Source: an uncultured beta proteobacterium (lineage in GTDB: Bacteria > Pseudomonadota > Gammaproteobacteria > Burkholderiales > SG8-41). From it: DNA of 61,616 bases. The stretch spans positions 1-61,616 of the forward strand of contig CAIWNB010000150.1 in NCBI GenBank assembly GCA_903913965.1. Reading direction: 5' to 3'. Made by a program: the position numbers and the translations under genes. Below, in pieces: positions 9,681 to 21,946 of the stretch (its first letter is position 1; each line of letters starts with the position of its first letter). Under the pieces are notes generated by a model. That model did no database searches. It saw only the letters and a program-made list of their open reading frames with translations, and was not told where the DNA came from.

Positions 9681-9908
9681 ATGCTTAAAATTGATCTCGG
9701 CACACACGACCGTGAGATCGGTGAACTCGTTGCTCAACACTGCGCAAAATTCGGCGCGGTGTTATCCGCCCGGGTTCATCGAACGCCATCGCCATTCGCC
9801 CTGGTGGAAATGAAAACACGCGATGAAACGGACCGACTTGCGATTGAATTCGGCGGATCCGTTTTCGGAAATTGTGTGCTCATTCATCTGTCGGACACGG
9901 CCGATTGA
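9681..9908 (+). CDS. small hypothetical protein with RRM-like beta-alpha-beta-beta-alpha-beta pattern
   Basis: 75 aa with a good SD (AGAGGA) 7 nt upstream of the ATG. Its layout aligns by eye with bacterial RRM proteins (KIDLG / CAKFGAV / FALVEM / LAIEFGG...VLIHL). Confidence 0.5.
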   Translation: MLKIDLGTHDREIGELVAQHCAKFGAVLSARVHRTPSPFALVEMKTRDETDRLAIEFGGSVFGNCVLIHLSDTAD

Positions 9909-10034
9909 GGCACAACAATAAACTGGCTGCCCGTTGCAGTTTTTCTTCCAGCCAATCAGAGCTGCGGCGACGAGAGCAAGATTGCGGTAGATAGCGCTTT
10001 AATCTGCAGGCTTAATGGCCAAGGATATGAAACA

Positions 10035-10601
10035 TCATGTCGACATCAGCGCAGCAGGCGCAGATTTTAGCCACAGCAAACCTGCCACCGTCTTGATATC
10101 TGTAATATCACCGCACCATACGTGCTCCAGCGCGGATTCGAGTTTCATAGGTACAACATCAAGAAACTCCCCCTCGTCTAACCGTCGACCAACATGGCGC
10201 AATTCGTTGGCCACAAAAAACTCCATGCGCTCGTTTGAGTAACCGATACACGGATGCAGTGTTGAAATGTGTCGCCACTGCGCAGCCTCGTAGCCACACT
10301 CTTCCACCAACTCGCGACGGGCCGTCATTATCGCTTCCTCGCCTGGCTCGATCTTGCCGGCAGGTAACTCCAGAAAATGTCGACGCATGGGATATCGATA
10401 CTGGCGCTCCAACAGGATAGTCTGCGGATCGAGAAATGCCAGTATTACAACGGCGCCAGGATGGCGCACCCACTCACGGCGCGACAGACTGCCGTCTGGC
10501 AGGCGCACGGTATCTTCTTCGAGTTTGAGTAGATCACCGTCATACGCGAGTCTGCCTTCGACCCGGATCTCGGTGTAGTCAGCTTGCCCCCTATCCGGCA
10601 T
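10035..10601 (-). CDS. NUDIX hydrolase (ADP-ribose pyrophosphatase-like)
   Basis: 188 aa. Has the Nudix box GKIEPGEEAIMTARRELVEECG. It starts 14 nt after the nuoN stop. Confidence 0.8.
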   Translation of the reverse strand: MPDRGQADYTEIRVEGRLAYDGDLLKLEEDTVRLPDGSLSRREWVRHPGAVVILAFLDPQTILLERQYRYPMRRHFLELPAGKIEPGEEAIMTARRELVEECGYEAAQWRHISTLHPCIGYSNERMEFFVANELRHVGRRLDEGEFLDVVPMKLESALEHVWCGDITDIKTVAGLLWLKSAPAALMST

Positions 10602-10615
10602 GCGAGTAGGGAAAT

Positions 10616-12064
10616 TTAGAGTGAAAGTGCTACGGAATACGCACAGATCGCCATCAAGGCACCTGGGAATATGCCGAAACCGAGTACCGCCAGGCCGTTC
10701 ATGCTCAACACAATACGCATCGGAGAGTTCGATACGATAGGCGAGTTATCCTGCGGCGCGTCGAAATACATCAACTTGACAATGCGCAAATAGTAGAACG
10801 CACCGATCAACGAGAACATAACGGCGACCACAGCTAGCCACACATAGCCGGCCTCGACGACCGCCCAAAGGACTGACAATTTGGCGTAAAAGCCAACGAC
10901 TGGCGGCACCCCGGCCATGGAAAACATCAACAAAAGCATTATTGCCGCATACCAAGGACTACGCTGGTTAAGCCCTTTGTAATCGTCCAGATTTTCCGCT
11001 TCGAATCCATCACGTGACAGCAGCAGCATGACGCCGAAGGTGCCCAAAGTGGTCAAAACATAAACCACTACGTAAAACATCGATGCTGCATACCCCTCCG
11101 AAGTACCGCTCAGAATGCCGAGGAGCAGGAAGCCCATATGCGAAATTGCCGAATAGGCGAGCATGCGCTTTAAATTCGTTTGCGCAATCGCAGCGATATT
11201 ACCGATGGCCAATGACAGCACCGCCATAATAATCAGCATCCATTGCCACTGCTCAACCAGAAACGGCGCCCCCAAACCCGACACCAGCAGTCTAATCACA
11301 AAAGCGAACGCAGCAAGTTTCGGCGCAGAACCGATAAACAAGGTCACTGCAGTAGGCGCACCGTGGTACACATCGGGCACCCACATATGGAAGGGCACCG
11401 CCGAAAGCTTGAAACCCAGCCCGGCGACAACGAAAACCAGAGCAAACGCCAGTATGGTGACGTCGGCCTCCCCTGCACTGATAACGTCTGACATGACATC
11501 GATATCAAGAGTGCCGGTTGCACCATAGAGCATGGACATTCCGTAGAGCAACATGCCTGAGGCAAGAGCACCCAAAACGAAATACTTCATCGCAGCTTCT
11601 GTCGCCTGCCTGGAGTCACGTTGCAAGGCGATCATTGCGTACAACGAAAGACTCAACATTTCCAGCCCAAGATAAAGCGTTAGCAGGCTGCTACCAGAAA
11701 CCATGACCAACATGCCCAAAGTCGCAAACAGGGCCAGCACAAAAAATTCGCCGCGAAACATATCCCTCGATCGGATGTAGCTCTGCGAGTAAACAAAAAC
11801 CACGGCCACCGAAATATAAATACACAACTTAAGCACACTTGCCATCGAGTCGGTAACGAACATGTCGCTGAACGGTTCGACTTCGTTGATGGGGTCGACA
11901 AAGGCAGTAATGAAAAAACAACCCAGCAGCGTCGCCAGAGACAACAGGTAGGTCAGCCCGCGTTGCTCATCACTAAGAAAAAGGTCGATCAGCAATATCG
12001 CGCATATCATGCACAGCAGGAAGACTTCCGCATAGGCGGGCGCGAGGGAGAGGAGAAATTGCAT
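10616..12064 (-). CDS. nuoN: NADH-quinone oxidoreductase subunit N
   Basis: 482-aa polytopic antiporter-like protein in the last position of the nuo cluster. Confidence 0.9.
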   Translation of the reverse strand: MQFLLSLAPAYAEVFLLCMICAILLIDLFLSDEQRGLTYLLSLATLLGCFFITAFVDPINEVEPFSDMFVTDSMASVLKLCIYISVAVVFVYSQSYIRSRDMFRGEFFVLALFATLGMLVMVSGSSLLTLYLGLEMLSLSLYAMIALQRDSRQATEAAMKYFVLGALASGMLLYGMSMLYGATGTLDIDVMSDVISAGEADVTILAFALVFVVAGLGFKLSAVPFHMWVPDVYHGAPTAVTLFIGSAPKLAAFAFVIRLLVSGLGAPFLVEQWQWMLIIMAVLSLAIGNIAAIAQTNLKRMLAYSAISHMGFLLLGILSGTSEGYAASMFYVVVYVLTTLGTFGVMLLLSRDGFEAENLDDYKGLNQRSPWYAAIMLLLMFSMAGVPPVVGFYAKLSVLWAVVEAGYVWLAVVAVMFSLIGAFYYLRIVKLMYFDAPQDNSPIVSNSPMRIVLSMNGLAVLGFGIFPGALMAICAYSVALSL

Positions 12065-12065
12065 C

Positions 12066-13556
12066 CTACAGTCCGATCAATAGTTTGCGACCAGGGGTTG
12101 CCAATCGCAGGATTTCGTTGACCGATTCGTGCAACACCGCACCGAATGGCGCCGGGTACAACCCCATTAGAAGCACGAACAGTGCGAGCACTGCGAGGAT
12201 AAAAAATTCGCGTTTCGATATGTCACTTAACTGCTCGACATGGGGGTTGGCGATCTCACCAAAGATCACGCGTTTATACATCCAGAGGGTATAAGCCGCG
12301 CCAAAAATCAATGTGCTTGCAGCAAGCGCCGCATACCAGAAATTAACTTTCATGGTTGCGAGAATCACAAGCCATTCCCCGACAAAGCCGCTGGTGCCTG
12401 GAAGGCCGGCATTCGCCATTGCGAACAACATAAACATCGCTGCAAATACCGGCATCCTGTTAACCACGCCGCCGTAATCGGCAATCATGCGTGAATGCAT
12501 ACGATCGTACAGCACTCCCACGCATAGAAACATCGCCGCAGAGATGAAGCCGTGCGAAATCATCTGCAATATCGCACCTTCCATGCCCTGCGCACTGAAA
12601 ATGAAGACACCCAGGGTTACGAAGCCCATGTGAGAAATGGACGAATAGGCAATCAGTTTCTTCATGTCGGCCTGTACCAGCGCTACCAAACCAATGTATA
12701 CAACGCCGATCAACGACAGCACGATGACGAAACCCGCCAGCTCGTGGCTCGCGTCCGGCGCAATCGGCAGTGATAGCCGCAGAAAACCGTATCCACCAAG
12801 CTTCAACATGATCGCCGCCAGCACCACCGAACCGCCGGTAGGCGCTTCGACGTGCGCGTCGGGCAACCATGTATGAACCGGCCACATTGGCACCTTGACC
12901 GCAAACGCCAGCATGAATGCAGCGAATATTGCGATCTGTGCATTCAGCGGCAGCGGCAGATCGTAAAAGTGTAGCAGCGAGAAACTACCGCCCGCGGCGT
13001 TATAGAGATAAATCAATGCGACCAGGGACAGCAATGATCCCATCAGCGTGTAGAGGAAGAATTTAACCGCTGCATAAACCCGGTTGGGGCCGCCCCAGAC
13101 GCCGATGATAATAAACATCGGTATCAGCGTGGCCTCGAAATACACATAAAACAATAAGGCATCAAGTGCGCAAAACACGCCGTTCATCAATCCGGACAGA
13201 ATCAGGAAGGACGCCATGTATTGGGAAACGCGTTCCTTGATGACTTCCCAGCCCGCGATCACCACGATGACCGTCGTCACGCAGTTCAACAGAATCAAGA
13301 GCAGCGAAATGCCGTCTATACCCAGGTGGTAATTGACATTGAATGCGGCAATCCAGGGGGCGGACTCTACAAACTGAAAGTCCGAAGTGCCAGGGTCAAA
13401 GTGAGTCCACAGTGGTAATGCAACAAGTAATCCGGCAAAAGCGCCAAGCAGAGCAAGCACTCGCGCAGCACGTTGATTGTTGTCACCAACTGCGAGTACC
13501 GCAAGGCCAGCAAAAATCGGCGTCCAAATTACCAAGCTAAGCATGGGGAGATTCAT
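12066..13556 (-). CDS. nuoM: NADH-quinone oxidoreductase subunit M
   Basis: 496 aa with motif [17 protein letters not shown]. Position is between nuoL and nuoN. Confidence 0.92.
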   Translation of the reverse strand: MNLPMLSLVIWTPIFAGLAVLAVGDNNQRAARVLALLGAFAGLLVALPLWTHFDPGTSDFQFVESAPWIAAFNVNYHLGIDGISLLLILLNCVTTVIVVIAGWEVIKERVSQYMASFLILSGLMNGVFCALDALLFYVYFEATLIPMFIIIGVWGGPNRVYAAVKFFLYTLMGSLLSLVALIYLYNAAGGSFSLLHFYDLPLPLNAQIAIFAAFMLAFAVKVPMWPVHTWLPDAHVEAPTGGSVVLAAIMLKLGGYGFLRLSLPIAPDASHELAGFVIVLSLIGVVYIGLVALVQADMKKLIAYSSISHMGFVTLGVFIFSAQGMEGAILQMISHGFISAAMFLCVGVLYDRMHSRMIADYGGVVNRMPVFAAMFMLFAMANAGLPGTSGFVGEWLVILATMKVNFWYAALAASTLIFGAAYTLWMYKRVIFGEIANPHVEQLSDISKREFFILAVLALFVLLMGLYPAPFGAVLHESVNEILRLATPGRKLLIGL

Positions 13557-13574
13557 TTAGTTATGTACGCCCGC

Positions 13575-15590
13575 TTAAAACGAGCTGCCCAACAATAAGG
13601 ACAGCAACAAAAGAATGCCAATAATCATGGCGAACGCATAATGATAAATATAGCCGGACTGAAACTGGCGTATGACGGTTGAAGCCCACCCGATCACCTT
13701 TGCCGAACCATTGACAAAAAAACCGTCAATAATGGCGATGTCGCCAATTCGCCAGAGTCCGCCACCAAGGCTGCGCGCTCCGCCTGAGAAAACCCAGCTA
13801 TAGAGACGATCAAGTCCGTATTTATCATCCAGTATACGCACGATGAATCCAAATTTTTGCCGCAGCACGGCGGGTAAATCAGGCTTGACGATATAGAGGT
13901 AAAAGGCGGTCCCCGCACCGGCCAACGCCAAGGCAAAGGGCAAGGTGGTGAAACTATGAATGATCATCGGAACAACGCCATGAAATTCCTCGGCAAGTTT
14001 CGCCATGCCCCCGTGATCGCTGCCGATGAATATTGAGCTGCCAAAATACTCCCCGAAGACTACGCTACCAATCAACCAGCCGGCGCATACAGACGGGATT
14101 GCAAGCAGAATGAGCGGTATGGTGACCACCAAAGGCGATTCATGAGGTACGCCGCCGTGCCCGTGCTCATCATGTGCCTGCTCGCCATGTGCATGGCCGT
14201 GGTCAGGATGTGTCTCGAATCGTTCTTTTCCATGGAATGCGAAGAAGACCAAGCGAAACGAGTAAAAACCACCGGCAAACACAGCGCCCAGCGCAGCAAC
14301 TAATGCAAAAGAAGCGCCCGGCACACCTGCCGCTTGCGCTGCATGAACGGCCTCGATAATGGTGTCCTTCGAGAAAAATCCGGCGAATGGCGGGAGGCCC
14401 GCATTGGCCCAGGCACCGATCAGCATCGTCACATAGGTGACCGGCAGATATTTCCTCAAGCCCCCCATCTTGCGCATGTCCTGCTCATGATGCATGGCGA
14501 TAATGACCGAGCCAGCCCCCAGGAACAGCACTGCCTTGAAAAATGCGTGGGTGACAAGATGAAACATGGCGGCAGAATATGCAGAAGCGCCAAGCGCCAT
14601 GGTCATATAGCCCAGCTGCGACAGAGTCGAATAGGCGACCACGCGCTTGATGTCAAACTGAGTCATCGCAATCAGCGCCATGAAAAAAGTGGTAATGGCA
14701 CCGATAACCAGCACAAATGACAAGGCTGTCTGCGACAACTCGAACAGGGGCGACATGCGAGCCACCATGAAAATACCCGCTGTTACCATGGTTGCTGCGT
14801 GGATCAGCGCTGAAATCGGGGTCGGGCCTTCCATCGAGTCGGGCAACCAGACATGGAGTGGAAACTGTGCGCTCTTACCCATCGCTCCGATAAACAAAAG
14901 GATGCAAGTCACGGTAATCAGAGACCATGCGTGGCCAGGGATGATTTCTATCGTGTTTCCGGCCAACGTCGAGGCTTGCTCGAAAACCTTGGCGTAATCC
15001 AAAGTGCCGAAGTACATCAGCACCAAGGCGATCCCGAGAAGAAAGCCGAAGTCACCGACACGGTTTACCATGAATGCCTTGAGGTTGGCGTAAATAGCCG
15101 TCGGTCGCGTATACCAGAACCCGATCAGCAGGTAGGAGACTAATCCCACTGCTTCCCAGCCGAAAAACAACTGAAGAAAGTTATTTGACATCACCAACAT
15201 CAGCATCGAGAAAGTGAACAGGGAGATATAACTGAAGAAGCGGTTATAGCCCGGGTCACCGTGCATGTAGCCGATTGTATAAATATGCACCATTAGCGAA
15301 ACAAAAGTGACGACCAGCATCATCGTCGCCGATAGCTGATCTATCAGGAAGCCAACCTCAAAGTGGGCAGATTCGCTTTCTAGCCACGTATACAAAGCGC
15401 CGTTGAAATAGTTGCCGTCGAGCACATCGCGAAACACCGCAACGGCGCCAGCAAACGAAACGAGCATCAGCAGGATGGTCAGCGAATGGGCTACACGGTT
15501 GCTGATTTTCCTGCACAGCAGACCCGACAAGAGAGCCCCTGCAAGCGGTGCCAGGGGGACCAAAAGATAGATTTTTTGCATCGACGTCAC
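13575..15590 (-). CDS. nuoL: NADH-quinone oxidoreductase subunit L
   Basis: 671 aa with motif HVWLPDSMEGPTPISALIHAATMVTAG and a long C-terminal extension. Start is GTG at 15590 or ATG at 15581. Confidence 0.92.
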   Translation of the reverse strand: MTSMQKIYLLVPLAPLAGALLSGLLCRKISNRVAHSLTILLMLVSFAGAVAVFRDVLDGNYFNGALYTWLESESAHFEVGFLIDQLSATMMLVVTFVSLMVHIYTIGYMHGDPGYNRFFSYISLFTFSMLMLVMSNNFLQLFFGWEAVGLVSYLLIGFWYTRPTAIYANLKAFMVNRVGDFGFLLGIALVLMYFGTLDYAKVFEQASTLAGNTIEIIPGHAWSLITVTCILLFIGAMGKSAQFPLHVWLPDSMEGPTPISALIHAATMVTAGIFMVARMSPLFELSQTALSFVLVIGAITTFFMALIAMTQFDIKRVVAYSTLSQLGYMTMALGASAYSAAMFHLVTHAFFKAVLFLGAGSVIIAMHHEQDMRKMGGLRKYLPVTYVTMLIGAWANAGLPPFAGFFSKDTIIEAVHAAQAAGVPGASFALVAALGAVFAGGFYSFRLVFFAFHGKERFETHPDHGHAHGEQAHDEHGHGGVPHESPLVVTIPLILLAIPSVCAGWLIGSVVFGEYFGSSIFIGSDHGGMAKLAEEFHGVVPMIIHSFTTLPFALALAGAGTAFYLYIVKPDLPAVLRQKFGFIVRILDDKYGLDRLYSWVFSGGARSLGGGLWRIGDIAIIDGFFVNGSAKVIGWASTVIRQFQSGYIYHYAFAMIIGILLLLSLLLGSSF

Positions 15591-15594
15591 GACA

Positions 15595-15906
15595 TCAGCC
15601 TTTCAGACTGTCGAGGTCTTCGACGTCGATCGTCTGCAGATTGCGGAAAAGTACGACCAGAATCGCCAGGCCAATGGCCGATTCAGCGGCCGCGACCGTA
15701 AGAATAAAAAACACAAATATCTGCCCGGCAGGATCGCCGAGATAATGCGAAAAGGCGACAAAGTTCATGTTCACTGCAAGCAACATTAACTCGATCGCCA
15801 TCAGCAAAATGATGACGTTCCGGCGGTTCAGAAATATTCCAACCACGCTGATCGCGAAAAGGATCGCGCCCAACACCAGATAATGCTGCAATGAAACCAA
15901 TCGCAT
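15595..15906 (-). CDS. nuoK: NADH-quinone oxidoreductase subunit K
   Basis: ATG at 15906 ([17 protein letters not shown]...). Three-TM protein of ~100 aa. Confidence 0.9.
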   Translation of the reverse strand: MRLVSLQHYLVLGAILFAISVVGIFLNRRNVIILLMAIELMLLAVNMNFVAFSHYLGDPAGQIFVFFILTVAAAESAIGLAILVVLFRNLQTIDVEDLDSLKG

Positions 15907-15996
15907 CCCCTCTTCGCTCAATAACTTAAGCTAACGCGCATCGTGCAATCACGCCAAAGTTCCATAAACCGATAAATCGCCCGGAGAATCCTTGGC

Positions 15997-16599
15997 TCAA
16001 TCCTGACCAGTGTCAGCGGGCATGCTCACCATTCGTACACGATCCTCGCGTCGTACCTTGACCTGCATTGCAGGATCAACGTACTTGTTCAACTTGCGCT
16101 TACGCAGCGTTAACGCGATCGCCGCAACGATAGCCACCAACAGAATGACCGCTGCGATTTCAAATGGATACACATATTCCGTGTAGAGCAAACGCCCAAG
16201 CTCCCTCGTGTTGCTGTAATGAGCGGGTAATACCGGTGCCTCGAGCGCGTTGCGCGAATAAAATCCCCATAAAACCGCGCCCATTTCCAATGCCAAAAGT
16301 ATGCCGACGACCGCGCCCAGAGGCATATAACTCCAGAACCCTTCGCGCATTTTGGTCAGATTAATGTCAAGCATCATGACCACGAATAGGAACAAAACCA
16401 TAACAGCCCCTACGTAAACAAGCACCAGGGTAATCGCCAGAAACTCGGCCTGTAACTGTATCCACAAGCCAGCTGAGGTAAAAAATGCCAACACTAGCAG
16501 TAGTGCCGAATGTACCGGGTTACGCGAAGTGATCACGCCACATGCTGCAACAACCAGCACCAGCGAAAATGCGTAGAAGAGGAAGTCTTGAAATGTCAT
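15997..16599 (-). CDS. nuoJ: NADH-quinone oxidoreductase subunit J
   Basis: 200-aa membrane protein in the nuoJ position. Confidence 0.88.
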   Translation of the reverse strand: MTFQDFLFYAFSLVLVVAACGVITSRNPVHSALLLVLAFFTSAGLWIQLQAEFLAITLVLVYVGAVMVLFLFVVMMLDINLTKMREGFWSYMPLGAVVGILLALEMGAVLWGFYSRNALEAPVLPAHYSNTRELGRLLYTEYVYPFEIAAVILLVAIVAAIALTLRKRKLNKYVDPAMQVKVRREDRVRMVSMPADTGQD

Positions 16600-16619
16600 G
16601 GCGGTTTCAGTTCGGCCTT

Positions 16620-17111
16620 TTACCGGTACGGCGCGTCGGCAGCGCGATCTTTTGCAATCTGGTCTTCATACATATCGCCGATCGCAAGCAGCATGGGTTT
16701 GGTGTAGATCAAGTCACCGCGTTTTTCACCATGATATTCGAGCACACGGGTCTCGACTATCGAGTCTACCGGGCATGATTCTTCACAAAAACCGCAGAAG
16801 ATGCATTTGGTCAAATCGATATCGTAGCGGGTAGTACGGCGCGTACCGTCATCGCGTTGTTCGGATTCAATCGATATCGCTAGAGCCGGACAGACTGCTT
16901 CGCAAAGTTTGCATGCGATACAACGCTCTTCGCCATTCGGGTAGCGGCGCAGTGCGTGTAAGCCCCTGAACCTCGGCGACTGCGGCGTTTTCTCTTCAGG
17001 AAACTGCACGGTAATCTTGCGCCGAAACAGATGCCTGCCGGTCATCATCAGGCCCTTGACCAGTTCAAACAGAAGGAAGGTGCGAAAAAAATCGAGGATA
17101 CGGGTGATCAT
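16620..17111 (-). CDS. nuoI: NADH-quinone oxidoreductase subunit I
   Basis: ATG at 17111. Has two 4Fe-4S ferredoxin motifs, [12 protein letters not shown] and [12 protein letters not shown]. Confidence 0.92.
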   Translation of the reverse strand: MITRILDFFRTFLLFELVKGLMMTGRHLFRRKITVQFPEEKTPQSPRFRGLHALRRYPNGEERCIACKLCEAVCPALAISIESEQRDDGTRRTTRYDIDLTKCIFCGFCEESCPVDSIVETRVLEYHGEKRGDLIYTKPMLLAIGDMYEDQIAKDRAADAPYR

Positions 17112-17115
17112 TGTC

Positions 17116-18273
17116 TTATCTCCACCATATCCATAGCGGCGTCTGCGTCCAAATACCCACAACTATGATCCAAACAATGGTGATTGGTATAAAAACCTTC
17201 CAGCCCAAGCGCATGATCTGGTCATATCGATAGCGCGGAAATGTTGCGCGGAACCAAAGAAAGCTCGATACCACAAGGAATAGTTTTATAAACAACCAGC
17301 CAAAACAACCCGCTGCCAACCACGGCATTCCGAGCGCAGTAGCATACGCCAGGGGAATCGGTGACAACCATCCACCGAGGAACATGATGGAACACAGCGT
17401 CGACACCAGGATCATGTTCGCGTATTCCGCAAGGAAGAAGACCGCAAAAGTCATACCCGAGTATTCAACGTGGAAACCAGCGACGATTTCTGATTCACCC
17501 TCAGCGACGTCGAACGGCGCGCGGTTGGTTTCCGCGACCCCTGCGATCAGATAAACCAGAAATAGCGGAAAAAGTGGAATCAAGTACCAGTTGAAAATTC
17601 CGTAGTTACCGCTCTGCCCATTGACGATATCGACAAGGTTGAGGCTTTGCGAAGCCATTAGGACGCCGACCAACGCAAAGCCCATGGCAATTTCGTAGGA
17701 TACGATTTGAGCGGCAGAACGTAGGGCTCCGAGAAATGCATATTTGGAATTGGAGGCCCAACCGGCAATGATGATGCCGTAGACACCCATCGAAGTAATG
17801 GCCATAACATAAAGAAGCCCTGCGTCAATATTGGCAAGAACCACTTCAGGCCCAAACGGGATAACCGCCCAAGCTGCCAAGGCTGGCATCAACGCCATTA
17901 CTGGTGCAAGAACGAACAAAAATTTGTTGGCCCCCGTTGGAACAATGATTTCTTTGAGCAGCAGTTTCAGGCCGTCGGCAATGGGCTGTGCCAGTCCACC
18001 CAACCAGCTGATACCGAAGAAGGTCACCCGGTTTGGCCCGATCCGTATCTGCATCCAGCCTATCAGCTTGCGCTCCCACAACGTTAGGTAAGCAACGCTC
18101 AACAATAGGGGTACAACAATACAAACGATCAGTGCGATGGTTTTGAGTAGCAGCAAGAGGGAATCAAGTACTTGCGGCGCGGATTCCTGGCCGACAACCC
18201 ACACGACGGCAGCTGCCACAAACCCCCAGAGCCATGCGCCCAAGGAAATTACGGGTTGAAGAAGTGCGCTCAC
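17116..18273 (-). CDS. nuoH: NADH-quinone oxidoreductase subunit H
   Basis: Has motif [19 protein letters not shown]. The GTG start overlaps the nuoG stop (GTGA). Confidence 0.92.
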   Translation of the reverse strand: MSALLQPVISLGAWLWGFVAAAVVWVVGQESAPQVLDSLLLLLKTIALIVCIVVPLLLSVAYLTLWERKLIGWMQIRIGPNRVTFFGISWLGGLAQPIADGLKLLLKEIIVPTGANKFLFVLAPVMALMPALAAWAVIPFGPEVVLANIDAGLLYVMAITSMGVYGIIIAGWASNSKYAFLGALRSAAQIVSYEIAMGFALVGVLMASQSLNLVDIVNGQSGNYGIFNWYLIPLFPLFLVYLIAGVAETNRAPFDVAEGESEIVAGFHVEYSGMTFAVFFLAEYANMILVSTLCSIMFLGGWLSPIPLAYATALGMPWLAAGCFGWLFIKLFLVVSSFLWFRATFPRYRYDQIMRLGWKVFIPITIVWIIVVGIWTQTPLWIWWR

Positions 18274-20621
18274 ACCGCCACCTTTTGTTCAGTCACCACA
18301 GGCTCCAGACTCACGCTGCCAAATAGTCCGCCAAGTACAGCAGTTGCCTCATGCCCACCGGGGATCCGGATACAGTGCGCCGGCAACTTGTCGTCTTTCT
18401 TCACGCTCACAACAACCACACCGGAACCCTGTGAAATTTTGAGGCTGTCGCCATCATTTATTCCAAGGCGCGTGAGATCCATGCCGTTCATGGTTGCGAG
18501 CGGTGGTGCACCGACCGCCGATTTTTGTAACGCAGCGGCACGGCGCACGATGGCGTCCGCCTGATAAGGGGCGACTTCGCCGATGCGTTCCATCACGATC
18601 GTGTCACCCCCAATATGTGCCACCGGGGCAGCGCGAAGGCTATTATCCAGACGGCTGAGCACATTACCGTCACCGATGGCGTCGCGACGGACCGCTTCGC
18701 TGCTGTCATAATCAAATCCCGGCAGACCCGCGAGGTTCCCAAGGACACGAAGCACTTTCCACGCAGGCCTGGTCTCTGCGAGCGGCAGCACAATTCCATT
18801 AAAGCTTTGCACACGCCCTTCAGTGCTAATAAATGTTCCAGAGGTCTCGGAAAAAGGCGCGATCGGCAATAACGCGTTCGCATATTCCAAAGCCTGGTGC
18901 TGGTATGGGGATAAGGCCACTACGAATTCGGCCTCTTTCATCGCCGCTAAGGCCTGTGCAGCATCATACGAGTCGCACTCAGGCTCGACTCCCAGCAATA
19001 AATAGGCTTTGAGCGTTTTTTCCAGCATCTGCCGCGCGTTTAGGCCTGACCGAGGCGTAGCTTCAGCAAGGTAACCACCGACACTGTTTGCAGCCTCCCC
19101 GAGGAAGCCAAATTTAGCGCCGAGTAACCCTGCCAGTTGTTCTGCCAGCCAGTGCAAGCGCCCCGCTGAAGGGTGATGCTGCGCCAGGTTCCCCAGCCAG
19201 ACCACCGAGTTGCCAGCAACTGCCATACTGCTCGCGATGGCAAGAGCCGCCGCATCGACTGCCACCACCGGAACATCTGCCGGCAACGGGGCGCCCTTAA
19301 TCTGGGCTACAGCGTTGATCACCGCTGCGAGTGCGCCGGCCATTCCTGACGGCGCGACGATCGATTTCGCAGCGACCCGCATCAACAAATCGTCATCAAC
19401 CGGATTGATCAGGTTGAGTTCCAGTTTTTTCTTTGCAGCCTGTCGCAGACGCAGAGCCAGCAACGGGTGATCGTTACGCAATGAGCTGCCAATCACCAAG
19501 ACACGATCAAGCGAGGCGATTTCAGCGACCGGCATGCCCAGCCAGGGGGCGCCCGAGGCAACTGCATCAGCTGAAAAATCTGATTGGCGAGTACGGAAAT
19601 CTATATTCTCTGAACCAAGGCCGCGCACCAGTTTTTGCAGCAAGTAGAGCTCTTCGACCGTCTGATGCGCACTGCCAAGGGCGCCAATTTGGTTGGCACC
19701 ATGCCGTTCACGCACTGCGAGCAATCCTTTGGCGACGAAATCGAGCGCGACCTGCCAATCGACTTCTTCCCACTTGCCGTCCTGCTTGATCATTGGCTTG
19801 ACCAGACGGCTGGAGGCGTTCAATCCTTCGTAGGCGAAGCGGTCCTTGTCAGACAGCCAGCATTCGTTGATATCGTCATTCTCACGTGGCAACACCCGCA
19901 TGACGCGGTTTTGCTTGATCTGAACCGTCGTATTTGCGCCAAGACCGCAATGCGGGCTGATCGATGGACGACGGTTCAATTCCCAAGTGCGCGCACTGTA
20001 GCGGAATGGCTTAGACGTCAATGCACCTACCGGGCAAAGATCGATCACGTTACCGGACAGTTCCGAGTCAACCGTCTTGCCAACGAACGCGATAATTTCG
20101 GAATGTTCTCCGCGGCCGATCATGCCAAGCTCCATCACACCCGCTATTTCCTGGCCAAACCGAACACAACGCGTGCAATGAATACAGCGCGTCATATCAG
20201 TCGAAATCAGCGGGCCAAGGTCCTTGTTACCGACGATGCGTTTGGGTTCGTCGTATCGCGACGCACTGCCGCCATACCCGACTGCCAGGTCCTGCAATCT
20301 GCATTCCCCCCCCTGGTCACAGATCGGACAGTCGAGGGGATGATTGACCAGCAGAAACTCCATCACGCCCTTTTGAGCGTTGATGGCCTGCTCGGAATGG
20401 GTTTGCACCTTCATGCCGTTGGTCACCGGCGTCGCACAAGCGGGCAGCGGTTTGGGTGCCTTCTCGACCTGGACAAGACACATTCGACAGTTCGCGGCAA
20501 TCGACAGTTTTTCGTGATAGCAGAAATGAGGCACATAAATGCCCGCCTGCTGGGCTGCATCCATTACGGTGCTGCCGTCAGCAACTTCCAGTTTGTGGCC
20601 GTCTATTTCGATTTCGAGCAT
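18270..20621 (-). CDS. nuoG: NADH-quinone oxidoreductase subunit G
   Basis: ATG at 20621 ([13 protein letters not shown]). Has an N-terminal 2Fe-2S region ([17 protein letters not shown]), the 4Fe-4S motif [10 protein letters not shown] and a molybdopterin-like domain. Confidence 0.92.
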   Translation of the reverse strand: MLEIEIDGHKLEVADGSTVMDAAQQAGIYVPHFCYHEKLSIAANCRMCLVQVEKAPKPLPACATPVTNGMKVQTHSEQAINAQKGVMEFLLVNHPLDCPICDQGGECRLQDLAVGYGGSASRYDEPKRIVGNKDLGPLISTDMTRCIHCTRCVRFGQEIAGVMELGMIGRGEHSEIIAFVGKTVDSELSGNVIDLCPVGALTSKPFRYSARTWELNRRPSISPHCGLGANTTVQIKQNRVMRVLPRENDDINECWLSDKDRFAYEGLNASSRLVKPMIKQDGKWEEVDWQVALDFVAKGLLAVRERHGANQIGALGSAHQTVEELYLLQKLVRGLGSENIDFRTRQSDFSADAVASGAPWLGMPVAEIASLDRVLVIGSSLRNDHPLLALRLRQAAKKKLELNLINPVDDDLLMRVAAKSIVAPSGMAGALAAVINAVAQIKGAPLPADVPVVAVDAAALAIASSMAVAGNSVVWLGNLAQHHPSAGRLHWLAEQLAGLLGAKFGFLGEAANSVGGYLAEATPRSGLNARQMLEKTLKAYLLLGVEPECDSYDAAQALAAMKEAEFVVALSPYQHQALEYANALLPIAPFSETSGTFISTEGRVQSFNGIVLPLAETRPAWKVLRVLGNLAGLPGFDYDSSEAVRRDAIGDGNVLSRLDNSLRAAPVAHIGGDTIVMERIGEVAPYQADAIVRRAAALQKSAVGAPPLATMNGMDLTRLGINDGDSLKISQGSGVVVVSVKKDDKLPAHCIRIPGGHEATAVLGGLFGSVSLEPVVTEQKVAV

Positions 20622-20632
20622 GGCGTTCCGCG

Positions 20633-21946
20633 TCAGATATATTCCGGCACCAGGCACTTCTTGTGCTCGATGTGGTACATGAATTCATCGCGATAATGTT
20701 TCAGGAATGCACGCACCGGCATCGCAGCGGCATCGCCAAGAGCGCAAATGGTCCTGCCCTGAATGTTTTCAGCGACCTGATTAAGCTTGTCTAGATCCTC
20801 GGGCTTACCTTTACCGTGTTCAATGCGATCAACCATGCGGTAAAGCCAGCCAGTACCTTCACGACAGGGCGTGCACTGGCCACAAGATTCTTCGTAGTAA
20901 AAATAGGATAGCCTCAATAGGCTCTTTACCATACAACGGGTTTCGTTCATCACAATCACCGCACCGGAGCCCAGCATCGAGCCTGCTTTGGCAATCGAGT
21001 CATAGTCCATATCTGTTGCCATCATGATATCCGCTGGCAAAACGGGCATCGACGAACCACCTGGAATAACCGCTTTTAGTTTGATGCCTTCGCGCATGCC
21101 GCCGGCCATCTCCAGCAGCTTTGGAAAAGGGGTGCCCAATTGAATCTCATAATTTCCTGGGCGCGCCACATCACCTGACACCGAAAAAATCTTTGTGCCG
21201 CCGTTATTCGGCTTGCCGAGCGCGAGAAATGCATCTGCACCGTTTCTGATAATCCACGGTACCGCAGCAAACGTTTCGGTATTGTTAATCGTGGTTGGCT
21301 TGCCATAAAGGCCAAAGCTTGCCGGGAAAGGCGGCTTAAAGCGTGGCTGCCCCTTTTTACCCTCAAGAGATTCCAGCAGTGCCGTTTCTTCTCCGCAAAT
21401 ATACGCGCCCCAACCGTGGTGGTTATAGAGCTGAAAATTGAAACCGCTGCCGATAATGTTGTCACCGAGGAGACCTGCCGCGCGCGCCTCGTCTACCGCA
21501 GCCTCGATACGTTCGAAAGCGGCCCAGATTTCTCCATGCACGTAGTTGTACCCTACAGCGGTGCCAGTGGCGTAACCAGCAATCGCCATCCCTTCGATCA
21601 AGGCATGCGGGTTGTAGCGAAGAATATCGCGGTCTTTGAACGTACCAGGCTCACCCTCATCCGAATTACAGACCAGGTATTTTGCACCGGCGAACTGACG
21701 CGGCATGAAACTCCACTTCAATCCGGTTGGGAAACCCGCGCCACCGCGACCACGCAAAGCCGACTTTTTGACATCGGCGATTACCTGCTCAGGTGGGGTT
21801 TTTTCCGCCAGTATCTTTCTCAGCGCTGCATAACCGCCACGCGCCTCGTAATCCTTGAGACTCCAGTTCTCCCCATTGATGCCTTTCATAATCACGGCAT
21901 CGGGTCCAAACTGATCAACAGCAAATGGTGGAACGGGCAAACCCAT
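20633..21946 (-). CDS. nuoF: NADH-quinone oxidoreductase subunit F
   Basis: ATG at 21946 overlaps the nuoE stop by 1 nt. Has FMN/NADH motifs [13 protein letters not shown] and the 4Fe-4S motif [12 protein letters not shown]. Confidence 0.92.
   Translation of the reverse strand: MGLPVPPFAVDQFGPDAVIMKGINGENWSLKDYEARGGYAALRKILAEKTPPEQVIADVKKSALRGRGGAGFPTGLKWSFMPRQFAGAKYLVCNSDEGEPGTFKDRDILRYNPHALIEGMAIAGYATGTAVGYNYVHGEIWAAFERIEAAVDEARAAGLLGDNIIGSGFNFQLYNHHGWGAYICGEETALLESLEGKKGQPRFKPPFPASFGLYGKPTTINNTETFAAVPWIIRNGADAFLALGKPNNGGTKIFSVSGDVARPGNYEIQLGTPFPKLLEMAGGMREGIKLKAVIPGGSSMPVLPADIMMATDMDYDSIAKAGSMLGSGAVIVMNETRCMVKSLLRLSYFYYEESCGQCTPCREGTGWLYRMVDRIEHGKGKPEDLDKLNQVAENIQGRTICALGDAAAMPVRAFLKHYRDEFMYHIEHKKCLVPEYI

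Noticed and set aside
14140-14220. His-rich stretch in NuoL (HPDHGHAHGEQAHDEHGHGGVPHE).
   Set aside because: From memory, similar His/Asp-rich loops occur at this position in other betaproteobacterial NuoL proteins. It is probably lineage-typical rather than novel, and I cannot verify this without an alignment.
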